Positions 60,269-64,000 of a stretch of 64,000 nt of DNA are shown here, piece by piece. The translations under genes and the position numbers were made by a program. Where the stretch lies: assembly GCA_964615205.1 (NCBI GenBank), contig CAZTQA010000001.1, positions 64,510-128,509 on the forward strand, given 5' to 3'. Position 1 is the first letter of the stretch; every line of letters begins with the position of its first letter. A model generated the notes under the pieces. That model saw nothing but the letters and a program-made list of their open reading frames with translations, had not been told where the DNA came from and did no database searches. Origin of the DNA: an uncultured Candidatus Saccharibacteria bacterium (GTDB taxonomy: Bacteria; Patescibacteriota; Minisyncoccia; Minisyncoccales; JAGMDC01).

Positions 60269-60511
60269 ATGGATTTAGAAGAAATAAAAAATTTAATGAA
60301 ATTAGATAAAGGAAAATTTATTATTGTAGAAGAAGGAAAGCCGGTTTTAGTAGTGGTTAGTTTTGAGGATTACAAAAAAATGGTGGGCAATCCGGAAAGA
60401 TTATTTTCCCAGCAGCCAGCTCCGAGCGAAAAAAGCAATTCCGAGGTTCAGGATTTTAGTTCTGAAGAAACAGATGAAGAATCCTTGAATATTGAGGATT
60501 TACCCGTCTAA
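60269..60511 (+). CDS. Phd/YefM-antitoxin-like small protein with acidic tail
   Basis: ..GKFIIVEEGKPVLVVVSFEDYKKM.. matches the Phd/YefM N-terminal fold pattern. TGcTATTAT at 60252-60260 lies 8 nt before the ATG. No toxin gene follows. Confidence 0.45.
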   Translation: MDLEEIKNLMKLDKGKFIIVEEGKPVLVVVSFEDYKKMVGNPERLFSQQPAPSEKSNSEVQDFSSEETDEESLNIEDLPV

Positions 60512-60515
60512 AAGG

Positions 60516-60543
60516 TTGACTTTATTTTAAATTTTAATATTAT
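60516..60543 (+). promoter_or_regulatory. Candidate tuf promoter TTGACT-16-TATTAT
   Basis: -35 at 60516-60521, -10 at 60538-60543. Would give an approximately 87-nt leader. Confidence 0.4.
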
Positions 60544-60555
60544 GAACTATATATA

Positions 60556-60627
60556 GTAACATTTTAGCATAGTAATGTTTTAACATAGGAATGTTTGTTA
60601 GAATGTTAAAATGTTAGAATGTTTAAA
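60556..60627 (+). repeat. AATGTT / AACAT(T) repeat cluster in the tuf leader
   Basis: AATGTT at 60574, 60590, 60602, 60610 and 60618. Its complement AACAT(T) at 60558 and 60582. gttagaatgtt repeated at 60597 and 60613. Confidence 0.85.
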
Positions 60628-60636
60628 CGATTAATT

Positions 60637-61836
60637 ATGGCAGAAAAAGAAAAATTCGAAAGAGGCAAGCCTCATCTTAATATCGGAACCATTGGTCACG
60701 TTGATCACGGTAAGACAACTCTTACCGCAGCTATACTTAAAACCTTGAATTTGAAGGGTTTTAAAGCCACTGAAAAAGCAGTTGATCAGATTGATTCCGC
60801 TCCTGAAGAAAAAGCCAGAGGAGTTACCATTAACATTGCTCATTTAGAGTATGAAACAGAGAAGAGGCACTATGCCCATATTGATTGTCCTGGACACGCT
60901 GACTATATTAAAAATATGGTTACTGGAGCAGCCCAGATGGATGGAGCTATCTTGGTAGTTTCTGCTTCTGATGGAGTTATGCCCCAAACCAGAGAACATA
61001 TTCTTTTAGCTCGCCAGGTAGGCCTTTCCAATATTGTGGTTTTCTTAAATAAAACAGATATGGTTGATGATCCGGAAATTATTGATTTGGTCGAATCAGA
61101 AGTAAGAGAACTTTTAAAGAAATATGAATTTCCTGGAGATGAAGTTCCCATTGTCCGCGGTTCTGCTCTTAAAGCCTTGGATATTAAGTCAGCTGATGAT
61201 GAAGCCGCCAAACCTATTTTGGATTTACTAAAGGCTGTGGATGATTATTTTCCAGAGCCAACTAGAGATATAGAAAAACCCTTTTTAATGGCTGTGGAAG
61301 ATGTTTTCTCAATTGCTGGAAGGGGAACTGTAGCTACAGGAAGAATTGAAAGAGGAGTTGTTCATCCTAATGAAGAAATAGAACTTATTGGCTTTAAACC
61401 TACCCAAAAAACAGTAGCCGTAAGCGTAGAAATGTTTAACAAGATGCTTGATGAAGGAAGAGCGGGAGATAATGTGGGGATTCTTTTAAGAGGCCTAAAA
61501 AAAGAAGAAGTGGAAAGAGGTCAGGTTTTAGCCAAACCAGGCAGTGTCACTCCCCATACCGAATATGAAAGCGAAATCTATATCTTAACCAAAGAAGAGG
61601 GAGGAAGGCATTCGCCATTTTTTGCCGGATACAAGCCCCAATTCTATATCAGAACCACTGATGTTACTGGTGAGGTTACTTTGCCTGAAGGGACAGAAAT
61701 GGTTATGCCCGGAGATACGGTTAAATTGAAAATTAAATTAATTGCTCCTGTTGCCTTAGAAGAACAACAAAGATTTGCTATTAGAGAAGGGGGTAAAACA
61801 GTAGGTGCAGGAGTAGTGACCAAGATTATAAATTAA
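60637..61836 (+). CDS. tuf: Elongation factor Tu
   Basis: [31 protein letters not shown]. Start at ATG 60637 (MAEKEKF..). Confidence 0.97.
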   Translation: MAEKEKFERGKPHLNIGTIGHVDHGKTTLTAAILKTLNLKGFKATEKAVDQIDSAPEEKARGVTINIAHLEYETEKRHYAHIDCPGHADYIKNMVTGAAQMDGAILVVSASDGVMPQTREHILLARQVGLSNIVVFLNKTDMVDDPEIIDLVESEVRELLKKYEFPGDEVPIVRGSALKALDIKSADDEAAKPILDLLKAVDDYFPEPTRDIEKPFLMAVEDVFSIAGRGTVATGRIERGVVHPNEEIELIGFKPTQKTVAVSVEMFNKMLDEGRAGDNVGILLRGLKKEEVERGQVLAKPGSVTPHTEYESEIYILTKEEGGRHSPFFAGYKPQFYIRTTDVTGEVTLPEGTEMVMPGDTVKLKIKLIAPVALEEQQRFAIREGGKTVGAGVVTKIIN

Positions 61837-61847
61837 AGGTTCATTAG

Positions 61848-62186
61848 ATGTCAGTTAAAAAGAAAGCAGTTGAAGAAGAAGTTAAATCAAAACTCCGTAT
61901 TAAGCTGCGGGGTTTTGACCATAAGGTGATTGACAACAGCGCCAGACAGATTGTCGAGACGGCTTTACGTTATGGAGTGGAAGTTTTCGGACCCATTCCA
62001 TTGCCCACAGAGATTCATAAATACACTGTTAACAGGTCTACTTTTGTCCACAAGGACAGCCGGGAACAGTTTGAAATGAGAATTCACAAACGTTTGATAG
62101 ATATTCTTAATCCTAATCCCAAAATGATTGATGCCTTAACTAATCTTACTCTTCCTGCCGGGGTTGAAATAGAAATCAGAATGTAA
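61848..62186 (+). CDS. rpsJ: Ribosomal protein S10
   Basis: [13 protein letters not shown].....IV......G....GPIPLPT. Confidence 0.95.
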   Translation: MSVKKKAVEEEVKSKLRIKLRGFDHKVIDNSARQIVETALRYGVEVFGPIPLPTEIHKYTVNRSTFVHKDSREQFEMRIHKRLIDILNPNPKMIDALTNLTLPAGVEIEIRM

Positions 62187-62206
62187 TTTTTAATCACTAT
62201 TTGCCT

Positions 62207-62234
62207 GAAAAACTGGGCAATTGCCCAGTTTTTC
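62207..62234. terminator. Perfect 28-nt palindrome / bidirectional intrinsic terminator between rpsJ and rplC
   Basis: GAAAAACTGGGCAATTGCCCAGTTTTTC equals its own reverse complement. The GC-rich stem CTGGGC/GCCCAG is flanked by A5 and T5. Confidence 0.7.
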
Positions 62235-62248
62235 ATTGGAAAGATTTT

Positions 62249-62845
62249 ATGGTTAAGTTTATTTTAGGGAAAAAGTTAGAAATGACCCAGATTTTCAACG
62301 ATAAAAACAAGGTTGTGCCAGTAACCTTAGTTAAGGTAGGCCCTTGTTATGTAACCCAGATTAAGAATAAAGAGAAAGATGGCTATGAATCAGTTCAGAT
62401 AGGTTTTGAAAAATTAAAAGATAAGAAAGTGGGCAAGAGCAAAAAAACAAAACCCTATAGATATTTAAGCGAATTCAAAAAGAATGATCAGGAATTGAAA
62501 ATAAATGATGAGATCAATGTTTCGGTCTTTGAAGAAGGAGATAAAATAGAGATTTCCGGGATATCAAAAGGAAAGGGTTTTCAGGGAGCAGTGAGAAGAT
62601 GGGGATTCCACGGAAGGAATGCCACCCATGGCGTTAAACATGAGCAAAGAACCCTTGGTTCTGTGGGTAGTGCTTATCCGGAAAGAGTCATTAAGGGCAG
62701 GAAGATGCCGGGTCGCATGGGCGCAGACAGAACTACAGTCAAGAACTTAAGAATAGTAAAAATTGATAAAGAAAATAATATTATAGCGGTTAAGGGAGCA
62801 GTTCCAGGCCACAGAGGAACTTTATTAGAAATCAAAGCCCGATAA
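62249..62845 (+). CDS. rplC: Ribosomal protein L3
   Basis: ILGKKLEMTQIF, VTLV and GKGFQG..RW.F motifs. Start at ATG 62249; the track's TTG-initiated extension covers the palindrome. Confidence 0.93.
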   Translation: MVKFILGKKLEMTQIFNDKNKVVPVTLVKVGPCYVTQIKNKEKDGYESVQIGFEKLKDKKVGKSKKTKPYRYLSEFKKNDQELKINDEINVSVFEEGDKIEISGISKGKGFQGAVRRWGFHGRNATHGVKHEQRTLGSVGSAYPERVIKGRKMPGRMGADRTTVKNLRIVKIDKENNIIAVKGAVPGHRGTLLEIKAR

Positions 62846-62850
62846 TATTT

Positions 62851-63474
62851 ATGAAAATAGATATTTATAATCAAAAAGGCGAAAAGACAGGACAGACAGA
62901 ATTACCTAAAGAAATTTTTGAGGTTCCTATGAACTCTGATTTAGTGCATCAGGTGATTGTTTCCCAGATGGCTAATCAAAGACAAGGAGGAGCCAAAGCT
63001 AAAGACAGAAGTGAAGTAAGGGGCGGAGGCAGAAAACCTTGGCGCCAGAAAGGAACTGGCAGAGCCAGACATGGTTCCATTCGTTCTCCTTTGTGGATGG
63101 GCGGAGGAGTTACTTTTGGTCCTGTTAAAGAAAGGAATTTTAAAAGAGTTATTCCTAAAAAGATGAGAAGAAAGGCTTTGTTTATGGTTTTAAGCCAGAA
63201 AGTGAGAGATAAAGAATTAGTTGTTTTAGATCAAATGAAACTGGAGGAAATAAAAACCAAACATATGGCAGAAATAATTAAGAAATTGAAGTTAACCAAA
63301 GCTTTGATAGCTTTGTCCCGGATAGATAAATATTTGATTTTATCAACCAGAAATATTCCTGATATAAGCGCTATTCAAGCAAGAGAATTGAATTGCTTAG
63401 ATGTTCTGAAGTATAAATACCTGGTTATGCCTGAAGAAAGTATAAAAATAATTAAAGAAACATTTCTAAAATGA
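62851..63474 (+). CDS. rplD: Ribosomal protein L4
   Basis: ..RGGGRKPWRQKGTGRARHGSIRSP.W.GGG..FGP. Confidence 0.95.
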   Translation: MKIDIYNQKGEKTGQTELPKEIFEVPMNSDLVHQVIVSQMANQRQGGAKAKDRSEVRGGGRKPWRQKGTGRARHGSIRSPLWMGGGVTFGPVKERNFKRVIPKKMRRKALFMVLSQKVRDKELVVLDQMKLEEIKTKHMAEIIKKLKLTKALIALSRIDKYLILSTRNIPDISAIQARELNCLDVLKYKYLVMPEESIKIIKETFLK

Positions 63475-63929
63475 GTTTAATAGATTTTTTTAAAAAAACC
63501 AAAAAAGAGCCAGAAAAAAAGGAAATAGAGAAGAAGGTTAGAGAGATTAAGGAAATCAAAAAAACCAAGGAGAAAAAAGAAAGGAAAGAGATGAAAGAAA
63601 AGAAAGTTGAGAAGCCCAGAACTGAAAAAACCAAAACCAAAGGTCTTGATTTAGCTTGGAGAATTTTAAAAGAACCTCACATTTCAGAAAAAGCCACAGA
63701 TTTAAATAAAGAAAACAAATATGTTTTTGATGTTTTTCCCAAGAGTAATAAAAAGGAAGTTAAGGAAGCAGTGGAAGCTGTTTATAATGTGGATGTAGTC
63801 AAAGTTAATATAATTAAAGTTCCCAGGAAACCCAAGAGAAGAGGCAGGGTAGAGGGATTTAAGAAAGGATACAAAAAAGCTATTGTTCAAATCAAGAAAG
63901 ATCAAAAAATAGAATTATTACCAAGATGA
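63471..63929 (+). CDS. rplW: Ribosomal protein L23 with about 60-aa Lys/Glu-rich N-terminal extension
   Basis: Core ..L..P.ISEKA.........YVF.V....NK.E.K.AVE..Y.V.V..VN preceded by KKTKKEPEKKEIEKKVREIKEIKK... Confidence 0.9.
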   Translation: MSLIDFFKKTKKEPEKKEIEKKVREIKEIKKTKEKKERKEMKEKKVEKPRTEKTKTKGLDLAWRILKEPHISEKATDLNKENKYVFDVFPKSNKKEVKEAVEAVYNVDVVKVNIIKVPRKPKRRGRVEGFKKGYKKAIVQIKKDQKIELLPR

Positions 63930-64000
63930 AGATATATAAACCAACTACACCCGGAAGAAGAGGTATGACCAGAGTAGACACATCAGAATTAACCAAAAAG
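63926..64000 (+). CDS. rplB: Ribosomal protein L2, N-terminal 25 codons (continues beyond the window)
   Basis: MKIYKPTTPGRRGMTRVD.. ATGA overlap with the rplW stop. Confidence 0.9.
   Translation, partial: MKIYKPTTPGRRGMTRVDTSELTKK

Noticed and set aside
45515-60627. Possible CRISPR arrays. Candidates were the tandem 14-mer at 45515, the AATGTT array at 60556-60627, the atgtaaataaa x2 repeat at 52620-52641 and the PSQ repeat.
   Set aside because: The repeat units are 6-16 nt with no 25-40-nt spacers between them, there are at most 2-7 copies, and no cas genes are present. None has CRISPR architecture.
1-64000. Alternative genetic code (UGA recoding, as in some candidate phyla).
   Set aside because: Several well-conserved genes terminate at TGA at the expected length (for example ftsZ at 31250 and rplW at 63929). 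No conserved gene shows an in-frame TGA.

Overview
AT-rich, very gene-dense bacterial window, mostly on the + strand, with many 4-8 nt start/stop overlaps and the standard genetic code (TGA is used as a stop). The gene content suggests a small-genome anaerobe of the Patescibacteria/CPR type; this is inference only. That content includes an [FeFe]-hydrogenase, IorAB, a minimal SufC/SufBD pair, an MBL-only ComEC-like protein and ribosomal proteins with charged extensions. Layout: (i) 1-40.9 kb is housekeeping. It holds leuS, glmS, a four-gene cohesin/dockerin surface-protein cluster, iorA and iorB split by a pyrF/OPRT-like pair, the GlmM/GlmU-like UDP-sugar steps, thioredoxin systems, hydrogenase plus Suf, topA, pth, lepB, hisS, ftsA, ftsZ, parA, parB and relA/spoT, and a NifX-like plus 2x MinD-ferredoxin ATPase cluster. 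(ii) About 40.9-56.0 kb is an accessory stretch ending at a tRNA-Pro. It holds unknown genes, lexA directly upstream of a nuclease-methylase fusion, and an HsdS gene. I read the fusion plus HsdS as a BcgI-like type IIB R-M system with no HsdR motor. It is interrupted by two unknown genes and a 68-nt Y-shaped structured element. The stretch also contains a Cas4-like nuclease, SD-bearing gene cassettes with twin promoters, and several secreted or membrane proteins of unknown function. (iii) 56.1-64 kb holds rpmB, an M50 protease, and the str/S10 ribosomal operons (rpsL, rpsG, fusA, tuf, rpsJ, rplC, rplD, rplW, rplB'). These carry three oddities: an orphan Phd/YefM-like gene, an AATGTT-repeat leader before tuf, and a perfect palindromic terminator between rpsJ and rplC. 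No rRNA, CRISPR array, transposase or integrase was seen. All homology calls rest on motifs I recognise by eye; no database search was possible.
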